From: an uncultured virus (IMG/VR IMGVR_UViG_3300020048_000037)
Taxonomy: Duplodnaviria; Heunggongvirae; Uroviricota; Caudoviricetes
Strand: one strand, 5' to 3'
DNA length: 64,000 nt
IMG/VR virus record: IMGVR_UViG_3300020048_000037
Positions 10,100 to 20,628 of this stretch are shown here, piece by piece. Position 1 is the stretch's first letter. The number at the start of each line of letters is the position of its first letter. Position numbers and translations under genes: made by a program. Below the pieces are notes generated by a model. That model saw only the letters and a list, made by a program, of their open reading frames with translations. It had not been told where the DNA came from and searched no databases.

Positions 10100-11452
10100 T
10101 TATATATTAAATTTTCTTGCTGATATAGCAAATTCATATTCTTTTTCAATTTCTTTATTTAGTATACCTGCGGTATTTAATTCATCATAATATTCAAATC
10201 TATCAACAATTAATTCTTTTTGAAAATCATAACTTTCAAACCATTTTAATATTTTACCATTATATAATTTAGCCATTTCAAATAAATTTTCATTTTTACT
10301 ACTACCATTAAACCAAAAATCGTAATAAAATTCATACCAGGCATGTCTTTTTTCTTTCTGGAATAACTCTAAATTATCATTTTCAATCCATATTTTAAAT
10401 ATTTCATCTGGTCTACTTACATATTTATCTACTACATTTTCTATTGTTCTTTTAACATCTGTCATATCAAGATATTTATAACTATCTTCATATTCAATAG
10501 CTGAATAATTTAAATCTTCAGAACCAACAATGTTTTCTAAATATTCCTTAATTGTTTTAACATTTAATTTGTGTTTTTTCATATATTTAATCATATCTTC
10601 ATAATCGAAATATAATTTATATCCATATTGTTGGGTTTCATATTTGTTGTTATTGTCTATACCAAAAGGTAATTTTTTTAATGCTTCACTTGCTGCTTTT
10701 TCTGATGCTCTTTCATGAGACATAGCAATTTCACTTTTTATGTCATCTAAATCACTATTTAAATTTAAATAATAAAGTAAATCATGAATTTTTCCTTCTT
10801 CTTCTGGATCAATATTATTATCAAAATCAAACATCTTGGATAATTTTTTTATCTCATTCCTAGTTTTTTTTGTAGTATAACTACTTAAATAATTAAATTC
10901 ATCATCATCAACATAGTACTCATAATTATTATATGAATTATTGAGTTCTAATGCAAAATTTAAAGAACCATCTTCAATATCCAACAATCTTTCTAATGTA
11001 TAATTTTTTATAAGTAATGTTAAGCCGCTCTCAAAATAATCTAATTCGTTATATGGATAGTTAGGATTTTCTGTTTTACCTATTATAGCATCATCTTCAT
11101 CAAAGTCAATATAATTCTTTATATCATCTGGTTTAAAATCTTTTGATGCTAAAATTTTAACTAAGCTATCTTTGTCATAATTAAACGCTTCTGTTATTTT
11201 ATTGTTTTGTAATGATGCTTGTTTAGTTTGTTTGAATGTTAAATCACTTAACCTTTTAACTTTTGTATTTATTTCATTATTTAACTCAGCGTGACTTTTT
11301 CTATCTTTTTCTCTGGTTAATCTTTTTTTTAGTTTTTTTATACTATCTTGTAAATACATTATTTTACCAACAATATTATCGTCAACTTTAAAAGGTTTTT
11401 CATTGTTTATTTTTATTGGTTTGAAGTATTCATATGTTTTAATATATCTCAT
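10100..11452 (-). CDS. Large acidic dual-tag family protein (probable paralog of 58332..59474)
   Basis: MRYIKTYE...RKFNI*; shared HERA motif. Confidence 0.8.
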   Translation of the reverse strand: MRYIKTYEYFKPIKINNEKPFKVDDNIVGKIMYLQDSIKKLKKRLTREKDRKSHAELNNEINTKVKRLSDLTFKQTKQASLQNNKITEAFNYDKDSLVKILASKDFKPDDIKNYIDFDEDDAIIGKTENPNYPYNELDYFESGLTLLIKNYTLERLLDIEDGSLNFALELNNSYNNYEYYVDDDEFNYLSSYTTKKTRNEIKKLSKMFDFDNNIDPEEEGKIHDLLYYLNLNSDLDDIKSEIAMSHERASEKAASEALKKLPFGIDNNNKYETQQYGYKLYFDYEDMIKYMKKHKLNVKTIKEYLENIVGSEDLNYSAIEYEDSYKYLDMTDVKRTIENVVDKYVSRPDEIFKIWIENDNLELFQKEKRHAWYEFYYDFWFNGSSKNENLFEMAKLYNGKILKWFESYDFQKELIVDRFEYYDELNTAGILNKEIEKEYEFAISARKFNI

Positions 11453-11471
11453 AATTCTATATATAATTTTT

Positions 11472-11915
11472 TCACAAATTAAATTTCTTTGCTGCGTTAA
11501 TAGCTAATAAATTATCAATATATTCTTCCAAATCCACTATATCTTTTGTTGTTTTAGTTTGAAATTCTTTCCATGCTCTATTAGTAATCTGAGATATTTC
11601 GGTATTAAACCAATCAACTCCAATTCTTTTTGATATATTATGTTCATGTTCATCATTAAGCGGAAAATAGTGCATCATATGTTTAAATTCATATGGTAAT
11701 AAATCAATATTATGTGTATCATTTAATATAATTAAAAAATTTACATCATTAGTAAATAATCTATATGATATTTTTTTTGAATTTAAATAATTAATAATAT
11801 ATGGTATATAATTAAAAAAACTGTGATTAATTATTTTACCTGGTTTAGAACCAAATATACCACCAACATTAATTTGATTTGTTGTGATTATTTTATAACT
11901 TTCTAAGTATTTCAT
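11472..11915 (-). CDS. Dual-tag family protein
   Basis: MKYLESYK...KKFNL*. Confidence 0.75.
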   Translation of the reverse strand: MKYLESYKIITTNQINVGGIFGSKPGKIINHSFFNYIPYIINYLNSKKISYRLFTNDVNFLIILNDTHNIDLLPYEFKHMMHYFPLNDEHEHNISKRIGVDWFNTEISQITNRAWKEFQTKTTKDIVDLEEYIDNLLAINAAKKFNL

Positions 11916-12331
11916 ATATTAAATTTATTTGCTATTATTGATAATTGATGATTCTTTAACTCTGGTAATTCTTTTAAATTTACTCCGCTGATTTCTTCAA
12001 TTATAGTTAAATATTTATCTATTTTAATTTCAGAATTATATAACACATCACACATCATATTTTTATCATCATCATTTAAATATCTAACTTCACTAAAAAA
12101 TAATTTTTTATTTTCTTTTGACACTGCATCATAATTAAAAACAATACTATAATATGGTACACTATATTTACTAATACAACCAATATAAACAACAGATATC
12201 GTACTGTCAGTATTATAATAATCATCTAAAACTAAATAAATTTCATTAGTTTTACTCCATTCGGAAATTATAATATCATTTTTATGATATAATATGTCAT
12301 TAGTATTTTCAAATTTTTTCAAATATTTCAT
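11912..12331 (-). CDS. Dual-tag family protein
   Basis: MKYLKKFE...NKFNI*. Confidence 0.8.
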   Translation of the reverse strand: MKYLKKFENTNDILYHKNDIIISEWSKTNEIYLVLDDYYNTDSTISVVYIGCISKYSVPYYSIVFNYDAVSKENKKLFFSEVRYLNDDDKNMMCDVLYNSEIKIDKYLTIIEEISGVNLKELPELKNHQLSIIANKFNI

Positions 12332-12657
12332 ATATTAAACTTATCTGTTTCTTTTTTTATTAAATATTCATCTAATGATATATTATAATGTATTTCTAAT
12401 GCTTCATCAAAATGTTTTTTAAAATTATCAATAAGAACTTTTTCTAAATCATCATAATTATATTTACTAAAAAAATATCCAAAAACGTATGATGAACCAT
12501 GATTTCTATTTAAAAATTGTAATATCTCAGTTATTAGCCAATTATCATCATTCCAATTATATTTATATTCTTTCTTATCTTTATTAAGGCAAGTTCTAAT
12601 ATAAGATAAAACTTCTTTTTCTATAGATGTACTTTCAAATTTTTTCAAATATTTCAT
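12328..12657 (-). CDS. Dual-tag family protein
   Basis: MKYLKKFE...DKFNI*. Confidence 0.8.
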   Translation of the reverse strand: MKYLKKFESTSIEKEVLSYIRTCLNKDKKEYKYNWNDDNWLITEILQFLNRNHGSSYVFGYFFSKYNYDDLEKVLIDNFKKHFDEALEIHYNISLDEYLIKKETDKFNI

Positions 12658-13079
12658 AGATTAAATTTATCTGTTTGTTTTTTTATTAAATAATCTTTAT
12701 ATTCTTGTGTGCTTATTAAATTATTTAAATTAATACCACAGTTTATTTCGATTTTTTTAATAATATCTTGATTTATTATATCATTTTCTTGTATAACATC
12801 AAATAATGCATATAATCTTTCATCATCTATTTTTGTATAATCAGTTATTGATGCTTTAATTTTTTTATTCTTTTCTTCAAAAATACCAAATAAACTCAGA
12901 ATAAAATCATGATCAATACCATTATCAGAATAATTCATAAATCCAATATTAAAAATAATAAAAATTCATCGTTCTCATACATCATTTAAAACAACATAAA
13001 CCTCATCATAGAAATATAACAAATCTCATTTTTTATATAGTATATTATCTTTATCTTCAAATCTTTTTAAATATTTCAT
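12654..13079 (-). pseudogene. Frameshifted dual-tag gene (paralog of 11912..12331)
   Basis: MKYLKRFEDKDNILYKK* at 13079, FYDEVYVVLND in another frame, 3' part 12654..12938 ends DKFNL*. Confidence 0.6.
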
Positions 13080-13264
13080 ATTCAAATGTTATTTTATTCA
13101 ATGATTATATATAAAAATATTAAAATCATTTGTTTAATTCAAAAAGAAATACTATATTTGGTGTTATAACAGTTAGATAAATTTTTGTTTATATTTGCTT
13201 ATAATTTAGTAAAATTGTTTAAACTTGATTATCATTATTTTATATATATTTTATAAAAAATACA

Positions 13265-14680
13265 TTGAGTGGAATGTTTAAAAACACAAATCAATATTCT
13301 TTTGATTACAATAAAAGTGATTATGATGATTTAATTTCTATAGCCAAGAAGTATAGGAATGTAAAGAATTATGTTTACTCATCTTTTTCTGGAATTCATT
13401 CATATTTAAAGGTTTATAATCAAAGAAAGGATATACGTGATGTTTGGACAAAGAATGGGTTTATTGACACTTGGGGAATTTCAAGACGGTATATTAGAAA
13501 TGCGATAGAAGATGCTGTGAGTGATATTAAGGTTAGTTGGAAACAAACTTTAAAGAAAACAAGGAAAGATATAAATAAATCAAAGTTGAATAAGGAAGAA
13601 AAAATATTTGCTTACACCATTTTAAAGAACAAATTATTTCTCTTTAACGTTTTAACTCAAATAGAGTTTGATGTAGATAAATTTGATGATATTGATAAAT
13701 TAAAGATGCTCAAGTTGATTCGTAGATTGATCAGGAAGAATAAACCAAGAATATCAAACACGAAAAAACTATCCATGTTAATTGATAATGAGATGTATAG
13801 TTATGACTCAGAAAATATATTAATAACATCTTCAGTCAAGAATAAACGATTCAAGTTTAAGGTTAACACTAATGATAGATACACTGGTAGTATTAGAATT
13901 GTAATAGAAGATGATAGAATTCGTTTTTCAAATAGTATCACAATTAAGACTAAAACCATTGATTATGAACAAGAAAGGATTGGAGTTGATAAAAACTACA
14001 TCAACTGTTTTGATACAAACAATGAAACATCATATGGTTTAAAGTTGAACGATAAAATAGTTTCACTGAGTGATAAACTTCAAGCAAAAAACAGCAAAAG
14101 ACAGTTTTATCATAATAAAATAACGGATGAAAAAGATTTAAAGAAGATAAATAATATCAAAAAATTCAATCTTGGTAAAAAGAAATATAATAAAACAAAA
14201 AATGCGTTGCAGGAAGAGATTCGTAAACATGTTAACCAAGCAGTTAATAAAATGATTCTAACTGAAAAGCCAAAAGAAATTGTAATGGAGAAACTTGATT
14301 TCACCAGCAAAGCCAAAAAAATTAGAAAGAAAAGAATAAATAGACTACTTTCAACCTGGACCAAAGGATACCTACAGGAAAGAGTAGAATATAAATCAGA
14401 ACAAAATAATATTAAAATAATAGACTGTAATGCAGCTTACACATCACAAGAATGCCCGTCATGCCATGACTTCGGTCATAAAACAAACGACATTTTTTAT
14501 TGTGACAATCATAAATGTGATAACCACGAGGGTGTGAATTCTGGACATTCGGCAGCAAAGGTAGTTTTACAACGGAGTTATGATAAAGATATAAACCTCT
14601 TTACGACATATAAAAACGTTAAAACTATCTTGACTAAACGGTTGGAAGAATTAAAAACCGATCCAACCAAGATATCGTAA
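13265..14680 (+). CDS. tnpB: TnpB-like (IS200/IS605/IS607 family) RuvC + zinc-finger protein, possibly nuclease-dead
   Basis: RIGVD (RuvC-I), IVMEKL (RuvC-II), YTSQECPSC..FYC..C zinc finger; NSGHSAA where NADxNAA is expected; no tnpA nearby. Confidence 0.85.
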   Translation: MSGMFKNTNQYSFDYNKSDYDDLISIAKKYRNVKNYVYSSFSGIHSYLKVYNQRKDIRDVWTKNGFIDTWGISRRYIRNAIEDAVSDIKVSWKQTLKKTRKDINKSKLNKEEKIFAYTILKNKLFLFNVLTQIEFDVDKFDDIDKLKMLKLIRRLIRKNKPRISNTKKLSMLIDNEMYSYDSENILITSSVKNKRFKFKVNTNDRYTGSIRIVIEDDRIRFSNSITIKTKTIDYEQERIGVDKNYINCFDTNNETSYGLKLNDKIVSLSDKLQAKNSKRQFYHNKITDEKDLKKINNIKKFNLGKKKYNKTKNALQEEIRKHVNQAVNKMILTEKPKEIVMEKLDFTSKAKKIRKKRINRLLSTWTKGYLQERVEYKSEQNNIKIIDCNAAYTSQECPSCHDFGHKTNDIFYCDNHKCDNHEGVNSGHSAAKVVLQRSYDKDINLFTTYKNVKTILTKRLEELKTDPTKIS

Positions 14681-14775
14681 AAAAGGAGCGAAGTAGTAAA
14701 ATGTTACCTAAATTAAAACAATTAGTTAAGTTTGAGTAAAATTTTATAATCGGATATATAAGAGAAAAATAAATT

Positions 14776-15042
14776 ATGGGTAAGAAAAAAGATGTACATA
14801 TATGTACTGAATGTGTTGAAGAATTTACATCAAAAGAAGTATTCACATCATTAGTACCAGACAGAGAATACTATACTATATATTGTAAAAAATGTATGAT
14901 TTCTTTGGGTATAACTAAATGTAGACCATACAATAGTAACACATTTAAGAGTGAATATATATTAGTTGAAGATATTGGAATTGAAAAAAAAACAACTAAA
15001 AAGAAAACAACTACAAAAGAAACTACTAAAAAGAATAAATAA
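14776..15042 (+). CDS. Small zinc-finger protein
   Basis: CTEC...CKKC, basic tail. Confidence 0.7.
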   Translation: MGKKKDVHICTECVEEFTSKEVFTSLVPDREYYTIYCKKCMISLGITKCRPYNSNTFKSEYILVEDIGIEKKTTKKKTTTKETTKKNK

Positions 15043-15051
15043 AATAAAATA

Positions 15052-15531
15052 ATGAATTTAAAAGAATTAAAAAAATATTATTATGATAATACTAGAAATT
15101 ATTCAGATAATGGTAGACATGATAATGAACATGAATTAAAAGATAGTATTAATTTTATGTTTGATAATATTAAAATAATTAATGATGATATTACAGACAA
15201 TAAATTAATTGAAAAAATAGAGCATTGTATATTAATAGTAAAAAGAAATAATATGTATAATTACCTAATGTACCTAAATGAGAAAATAGATTTATCAATT
15301 ACATTGTTGGAAAAAATATCAAAATCAGATATTATTAAATATGAATATTTATTAAGAAAAAAAGAAGAAATAAAAGAAAAAATTGATAAATCATATAAAT
15401 GTGTTATTGATTCTTATGATATTAATTCTTATGAACAGTTAAAAAAATTAGACACTACTGAATACGATAATATTAGTGATTCACTACAAAGATTACTAGG
15501 AGATTTATATTGGAATTCAAAAAAAATATAA
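15052..15531 (+). CDS. Hypothetical protein
   Basis: ORF in operon. Confidence 0.65.
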   Translation: MNLKELKKYYYDNTRNYSDNGRHDNEHELKDSINFMFDNIKIINDDITDNKLIEKIEHCILIVKRNNMYNYLMYLNEKIDLSITLLEKISKSDIIKYEYLLRKKEEIKEKIDKSYKCVIDSYDINSYEQLKKLDTTEYDNISDSLQRLLGDLYWNSKKI

Positions 15532-15533
15532 CC

Positions 15534-16109
15534 ATGCAAAGAATCAAAGATATTATAAAAAGTTCAATAGATGTTAAAAATATAATATTAAATGATAATA
15601 GATTAATTGAAGCTATTGATGAAGTGATAATGATACTATATACTTGTTTTCAGAATGGTGGTAAGGTTCTTTTGTGTGGAAATGGTGGTAGTGCTGCTGA
15701 TGCTCAACATATAGCTGCTGAATTGTCTGGTAGATTTTATTTAGATAGAGATCCTTTATTTGCTGAAGCATTACACGTTAATACTTCATATTTGACAGCA
15801 GTTGCAAATGATTATTCATTTGATGATGTATACTCAAGATTAGTAAAAGGAATGGGTAGAAAAAATGACATTTTAATTGGAATATCTTGTTCAGGTAACT
15901 CAACAAATATTATAAATGCATTTGAAAAAGCAAAAGAAATAGGAATGATTACTATTGCATTTACTGGTTATAATGGTGGTACACTCAAAAAAGTCAGTGA
16001 TTATATAATAAATATACCATCAACTGATACACCAAGAATACAAGAATCTCATATAATGATAGGACATATTATATGTGAAATAGTTGAAAATAAAATGTTT
16101 AAAAAATAA
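15534..16109 (+). CDS. gmhA: D-sedoheptulose 7-phosphate isomerase
   Basis: LLCGNGGSAADAQHIAAEL..ANDY..GISCSGNS..TPRIQESHIMIGHIIC; ATG start MQRIKD. Confidence 0.95.
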   Translation: MQRIKDIIKSSIDVKNIILNDNRLIEAIDEVIMILYTCFQNGGKVLLCGNGGSAADAQHIAAELSGRFYLDRDPLFAEALHVNTSYLTAVANDYSFDDVYSRLVKGMGRKNDILIGISCSGNSTNIINAFEKAKEIGMITIAFTGYNGGTLKKVSDYIINIPSTDTPRIQESHIMIGHIICEIVENKMFKK

Positions 16110-16112
16110 TTC

Positions 16113-16415
16113 ATGAAAGTTTATAAAAATGGTAAACAATTAGTTGTTAATAGTGGTGATGGTAATATTTATTGTTTAATATTAAATTATCGTAAAAAAG
16201 GAACAATACAATCTAGATATATTCTTATACCAGACAAAAAAGGTGGTTATAAATTCAACACAGAATGGGAAATGGATAGTAAACATCATCCAGTCAAATT
16301 AAAAAATAAGTGGGAATATATTAGAGAAGCAACACCAGAGGAAGTAAATAAATTTAATGAATTAACAGAATATTATGGTAAAGTAATATATATTAAAAAT
16401 AATGAACAAATATGA
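16113..16415 (+). CDS. Hypothetical protein
   Basis: ORF in operon. Confidence 0.65.
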   Translation: MKVYKNGKQLVVNSGDGNIYCLILNYRKKGTIQSRYILIPDKKGGYKFNTEWEMDSKHHPVKLKNKWEYIREATPEEVNKFNELTEYYGKVIYIKNNEQI

Positions 16416-16807
16416 AAATAAGAAATGGATTTGTAAGTAACTCATCATCAAGTAGTTTTGTGATTTTGAAAGACTCTCTTAGTAAAAATCAACAAGATAT
16501 GATTTTTGATTATCAACAACAGGTTAAAGTTTTTACTGCTAATGATGAAACCTGTGTTGATTTATTTTCTTATTGTGATAGTGATCCATGGAGAATAATT
16601 GAATATGATGATTTCATATTCGGGGAAACATCAATGGATAATTTTAGTATGCAGGACTATTTTGATTATATAAAAATAAATTTCTCTACTATTGGTTGGG
16701 ATGATGGTTATAATGACAATCCTACTGAAAGTCAATTGGATTTTATAACAGAAATGAAGCAAAAATATCGCAAAGAAAAAATAATAAAATTAGATAATTT
16801 AGACTAA
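16412..16807 (+). CDS. Conserved phage protein with MKIRxGFVSNSSSSSF N-terminus, RxxK tag
   Basis: Motif recurrent in phage hypotheticals; ends YRKEKIIKLDNLD*. Confidence 0.75.
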   Translation: MKIRNGFVSNSSSSSFVILKDSLSKNQQDMIFDYQQQVKVFTANDETCVDLFSYCDSDPWRIIEYDDFIFGETSMDNFSMQDYFDYIKINFSTIGWDDGYNDNPTESQLDFITEMKQKYRKEKIIKLDNLD

Positions 16808-16830
16808 TAAAAAGAAACAATTAAAAATAA

Positions 16831-17280
16831 ATGAAGAGAGAGCCAAGAAGCTTTGTGGTATTAAAACAATCTTTGAATAAAAAACAAAAAGATATGATTA
16901 TAAATTATGATTATTGGATTAATTTTTTTATTCAAAATAATGATGAAGAATTATTTAAAAAATATAATACAGAATCATGGAAAATAACTGAAAATGTAGA
17001 TTATATATTTGGAGAAACATTAGATAATAAATTTCATATAGAAGATTATTTAAAGTATATAAATGTTAATAATAGATATGTAATATTTGATAATTGTAAT
17101 ATAAAACCAAGTGATATGCAACTTGAATTTATTGATGATAGAAAACTTAATTTTAAGATAGAGAAAGAAGAAAAAATTAATTTTAAAACTTCTGTACAAA
17201 CAGGTTTATCATTTGCTAAATCAAAGCCACAAATAAATGGTATAAATTTTAACAAAGATAAGAAAAAAAGACATAAATAA
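16831..17280 (+). CDS. Paralog of 16412..16807 lacking the SNSSSSS motif
   Basis: SFVVLKQSLNKKQKDMI..W.I.E..D.IFGET.DNF alignment. Confidence 0.7.
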   Translation: MKREPRSFVVLKQSLNKKQKDMIINYDYWINFFIQNNDEELFKKYNTESWKITENVDYIFGETLDNKFHIEDYLKYINVNNRYVIFDNCNIKPSDMQLEFIDDRKLNFKIEKEEKINFKTSVQTGLSFAKSKPQINGINFNKDKKKRHK

Positions 17281-17282
17281 TT

Positions 17283-17549
17283 ATGAAAATTAATGCTAAA
17301 TATAATCTCGTAAAAATTAACGAACAAGATAATTCATCACTACATTATTACATTGATACTGAAAATGCTATGGCACTTTATATTTTTAAATCTGGTTGGA
17401 AAAAATACTATGAGTGTATTGAAGAATGGGGTGAATATGAAAAATCAGAATTAAAATTATTAGACGCAACAGAGATTAATAGAATATATGGAATAAAAAC
17501 TTTTCTAAGAAAAGAAAAATTAAACGATATAAATGAGAGTTTATTGTAA
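17283..17549 (+). CDS. Hypothetical protein, RxxK tag
   Basis: Ends LRKEKLNDINESLL*. Confidence 0.7.
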   Translation: MKINAKYNLVKINEQDNSSLHYYIDTENAMALYIFKSGWKKYYECIEEWGEYEKSELKLLDATEINRIYGIKTFLRKEKLNDINESLL

Positions 17550-17787
17550 AAAATCATATCATATATTTGAACAAAATAAATATTATATTGCTAATATTCA
17601 TTCTGTATTTGTAAAAGATGATTTTATTGCCATTGAAGCTAGTGTAGATTTATTATATAGATTTAGAATGAATAAATCTACTGAATGTATTGAAGGATAT
17701 ATAGGTGATATTGAATTATATTTTTATGATTATTTTAATTTATTAAAAGATGAAAGAAAACAAAAATTAAAAAAATTGTCTGAATAA
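17533..17787 (+). CDS. Hypothetical protein, RxxK tag
   Basis: Ends ERKQKLKKLSE*. Confidence 0.7.
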   Translation: MRVYCKKSYHIFEQNKYYIANIHSVFVKDDFIAIEASVDLLYRFRMNKSTECIEGYIGDIELYFYDYFNLLKDERKQKLKKLSE

Positions 17788-17818
17788 AAAAGTTAGTAAA
17801 AAATTACTAACTTTTTTT
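17788..17818 (+). terminator. Intrinsic terminator
   Basis: AAAAGTTAGTAA..TTACTAACTTTTTT. Confidence 0.65.
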
Positions 17819-17831
17819 AATATATAGTATT

Positions 17832-18203
17832 ATGAAATATTTGAAGAAATTTGAAACTACGGAAAAAGATAAAAGTGGTAATGAACTAGTGGATGCAGTG
17901 TGTGATAATAAGTATTATGTTGCAAAAAACTTATTAGATTCAGGATTTAAAGTTGATAGTGTTGCAAAAACTAATAATACACCACTATTATATGCTGCAT
18001 ATCAAGGTAAGTGGAATTTTGTTTTTTTGCTATTAAAATATAATCCTACTTGGGAAATTAAAGATTCCTCTAATACTGATTTTATTGATTATATAAATCA
18101 ATGGGTTGGTGGTAATAAAGTATTAGAAAATATAATTAAATGTTATCCAGAAAGATATCAAGAATATATTTCTAAAAAAGAAGCATTAAAATACAATTTA
18201 TGA
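17832..18203 (+). CDS. Ankyrin-repeat protein, dual-tag family
   Basis: NTPLLYAAYQG..LLLKY; MKYLKKFE...LKYNL*. Confidence 0.8.
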   Translation: MKYLKKFETTEKDKSGNELVDAVCDNKYYVAKNLLDSGFKVDSVAKTNNTPLLYAAYQGKWNFVFLLLKYNPTWEIKDSSNTDFIDYINQWVGGNKVLENIIKCYPERYQEYISKKEALKYNL

Positions 18204-18739
18204 AACATTTAAAAAAATTTGATAATTATAGTTTAAGTAGCGAATATCCTGATATGTTTGAACCAGAAAAAGAAGATGATATACCTAAATGTGTACCAGG
18301 CTTTGATGGTGGTACAATTGATCCAGACGATGATGGCGACACTATATATAATGAGAAAAGTGAAAAAGAACAATATGAAGATTTTAAAAAACTAGTCAAA
18401 GAAAGAAATTTCACAGAAACATCGACTGAGATAGAAATAAATATTAAAAAATTATATCATGATTTTTATATGTCAATTTATAACCCAAATAAGCATTTTA
18501 AAGAATTTTTATATAATGAAATTATTGGAAAATATTTATTAGATAGTGTGGTGGATTTTATGAGTGGTCAAGTCTATTCTGGTATAGTTAAAAAAATAGG
18601 GTATCAATTTGATACGTATAGTGCTCTTGTTGCAGTAGAATTTGAAAATAATACTGATTTACAACTTGATAATTCTCTATGTTCAAGTGTAATAATTATT
18701 GATAAATTGAAATCAGTAACAAATAAATTTAATATATGA
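18200..18739 (+). CDS. Dual-tag family protein
   Basis: MKHLKKFD...NKFNI*. Confidence 0.8.
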   Translation: MKHLKKFDNYSLSSEYPDMFEPEKEDDIPKCVPGFDGGTIDPDDDGDTIYNEKSEKEQYEDFKKLVKERNFTETSTEIEINIKKLYHDFYMSIYNPNKHFKEFLYNEIIGKYLLDSVVDFMSGQVYSGIVKKIGYQFDTYSALVAVEFENNTDLQLDNSLCSSVIIIDKLKSVTNKFNI

Positions 18740-19032
18740 AATATATTAAAGAATTTAAATTAAATGAGGAATTAATAGATTGGCAAACTCAATTATATTA
18801 TATTAAAGACTATGTTAAATTATCTGCAAGTGGATTTAAAGATAAATTACCAAGATACGGCAAAATAACAAGCATTGAGTTACCTCAACACAATAGTATT
18901 ATATTTTATAGTATTATATTATCAGATAATACTACTATTGTTGCATCTAATGATAGAATAGAAAGAACGTTAGATAAATCTGAAATAGAAAAATATGAAT
19001 TAGATATCGCAGCAAACAAATTCAATATATAA
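18736..19032 (+). CDS. Dual-tag family, GDYV-like member
   Basis: MKYIKEFKLNE...NKFNI*. Confidence 0.8.
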   Translation: MKYIKEFKLNEELIDWQTQLYYIKDYVKLSASGFKDKLPRYGKITSIELPQHNSIIFYSIILSDNTTIVASNDRIERTLDKSEIEKYELDIAANKFNI

Positions 19033-19033
19033 A

Positions 19034-19381
19034 ATGAATAATCACAAAACAAGAATAGAAATAATAAATAATATTAAATATCATGTACTAGATTATAGTA
19101 ATCCAACAATAAAAGATAGAAAAAAATTAGAAAAATTTATCAGTAAAAATAAATATGTAAAATTAATAAATAGAAATTATAACATTTTAGAATTTTATTA
19201 TAAAAATGGTCAAATACACAATGATATTGGGCCTGCAATAATATTAATTAATGGAAAAAATAATAAAATTGAAAAAGTAGAATATTATTTAAATGATGTT
19301 ATCATATCAGAGAAAAAATGGAAAATTCAGTTTAGAAAATATAAACTATTAAATTTGACAAATTATAATGATGATTTTTAA
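19034..19381 (+). CDS. Hypothetical protein, RxxK tag
   Basis: YYKNGQIHNDIGPAI; FRKYKLLNL. Confidence 0.7.
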   Translation: MNNHKTRIEIINNIKYHVLDYSNPTIKDRKKLEKFISKNKYVKLINRNYNILEFYYKNGQIHNDIGPAIILINGKNNKIEKVEYYLNDVIISEKKWKIQFRKYKLLNLTNYNDDF

Positions 19382-19384
19382 AAA

Positions 19385-19573
19385 TTAAAATTTAGTTTGA
19401 AATGATACTTGATCTTTTGCTTTATTTGACACAACAGAAACTGGCTCTAATATACCACCACCTTTCTTTTTCTTTCTCTTTTTCTTTTCCTCATTTTTGT
19501 ATGAATTATGCCGTGGTTTAAAATCAGTATATTCAACAGGAACAAACTCTTCATATGTTTTTAAATTTTTCAT
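19385..19573 (-). CDS. Small basic protein with CTS-like N-terminus
   Basis: MKNLKTYEEF; last gene of array. Confidence 0.65.
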   Translation of the reverse strand: MKNLKTYEEFVPVEYTDFKPRHNSYKNEEKKKRKKKKGGGILEPVSVVSNKAKDQVSFQTKF

Positions 19574-19899
19574 ATATTGTATTTTTTTGCATCAAATTGT
19601 GATTCTAATTCAAAATGATTAGATTTCCAACCATATGTTTTTTTACCTGTTTCAACATCTTCAACATCAACTCTCATATAAGGTGTTCCAAGTGCTTTAT
19701 CTTCTAATCCTCTCACTATTTTTAATACTTTATATTTACTACCCTTTGTTAATAAATTTACGATTATAGGATTAAAGTCAGAATTTTTTTTAAATTTAGG
19801 TAATCCTTGAACAGTAATTAAGCTAGCTACAATATCTCCAACTTGATAATTATATGGAATAATTCTGTCTATGTCTTCAAAATGTTTTAAATATATCAT
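19570..19899 (-). CDS. Dual-tag family, GDxV member
   Basis: Start reassigned to MIYLKHFE; ends KKYNI*. Confidence 0.75.
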   Translation of the reverse strand: MIYLKHFEDIDRIIPYNYQVGDIVASLITVQGLPKFKKNSDFNPIIVNLLTKGSKYKVLKIVRGLEDKALGTPYMRVDVEDVETGKKTYGWKSNHFELESQFDAKKYNI

Positions 19900-19900
19900 G

Positions 19901-20308
19901 TTAAATATTATATTTTTTTGCATTAATATAAAGTGATATTTTTTCATCAATTATTTTTGGATTATAAAAAAATATTTTCACATCTTTAATATTATGTTCA
20001 TTATATGCACTTAATTCACCATAACTAAAAGAATAGTCTCCAATACGTATTGCTATAGAATCATCTTCATCTATATCAAAATCAGTTTGTTTAATTGTAT
20101 CATAAATAATTAAATCATCGGTATAACTATAATAGTGTTCATATGGATTATTAAATGTTGTGAATCCAACACCAGTTGAATTAGATTTTAACTTATTTAT
20201 TTCTGTAATAGCATTAAGCATTCCCCCAATATATTTACAAAAATCAAAAAGATCAATACTTATTACATTATCTACTTTTTTTGATTCATATTTTTTAATG
20301 TATTTCAT
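19901..20308 (-). CDS. Dual-tag family protein
   Basis: MKYIKKYE...KKYNI*. Confidence 0.8.
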   Translation of the reverse strand: MKYIKKYESKKVDNVISIDLFDFCKYIGGMLNAITEINKLKSNSTGVGFTTFNNPYEHYYSYTDDLIIYDTIKQTDFDIDEDDSIAIRIGDYSFSYGELSAYNEHNIKDVKIFFYNPKIIDEKISLYINAKKYNI

Positions 20309-20628
20309 ATATTAAATTTATTTGCAGTATTTTTTATTTTCTGATTTTCAATTTCTTCTTTAGTTGCCAATCTTAAAGCATCTCGATCGAACTCTTTAAT
20401 ATTATCTGGAAACCAAATTTCTATTTCTTTATTAACATTTTTATATTTAACAAAAAAATTAGTATAAAACATTATTTTATTATTAAAATCTTTTAATCTA
20501 ACTACTTCTCCTACATTATTATTTAAAAAATCTCTTATTTCTGGTTTATATGGCATATTTTCAGCAACCACATAATCACCAACTTTAAATTTTCTACTTA
20601 CTCTTTCAAATGTTTTAATGTATTTCAT
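20305..20628 (-). CDS. Dual-tag family, GDYV member
   Basis: MKYIKTFE..VGDYV..NKFNI*. Confidence 0.8.
   Translation of the reverse strand: MKYIKTFERVSRKFKVGDYVVAENMPYKPEIRDFLNNNVGEVVRLKDFNNKIMFYTNFFVKYKNVNKEIEIWFPDNIKEFDRDALRLATKEEIENQKIKNTANKFNI

Noticed and set aside
13080..14775. CRISPR-Cas12f locus
   Set aside because: No repeat-spacer array seen beside the TnpB-like gene or elsewhere in the window.
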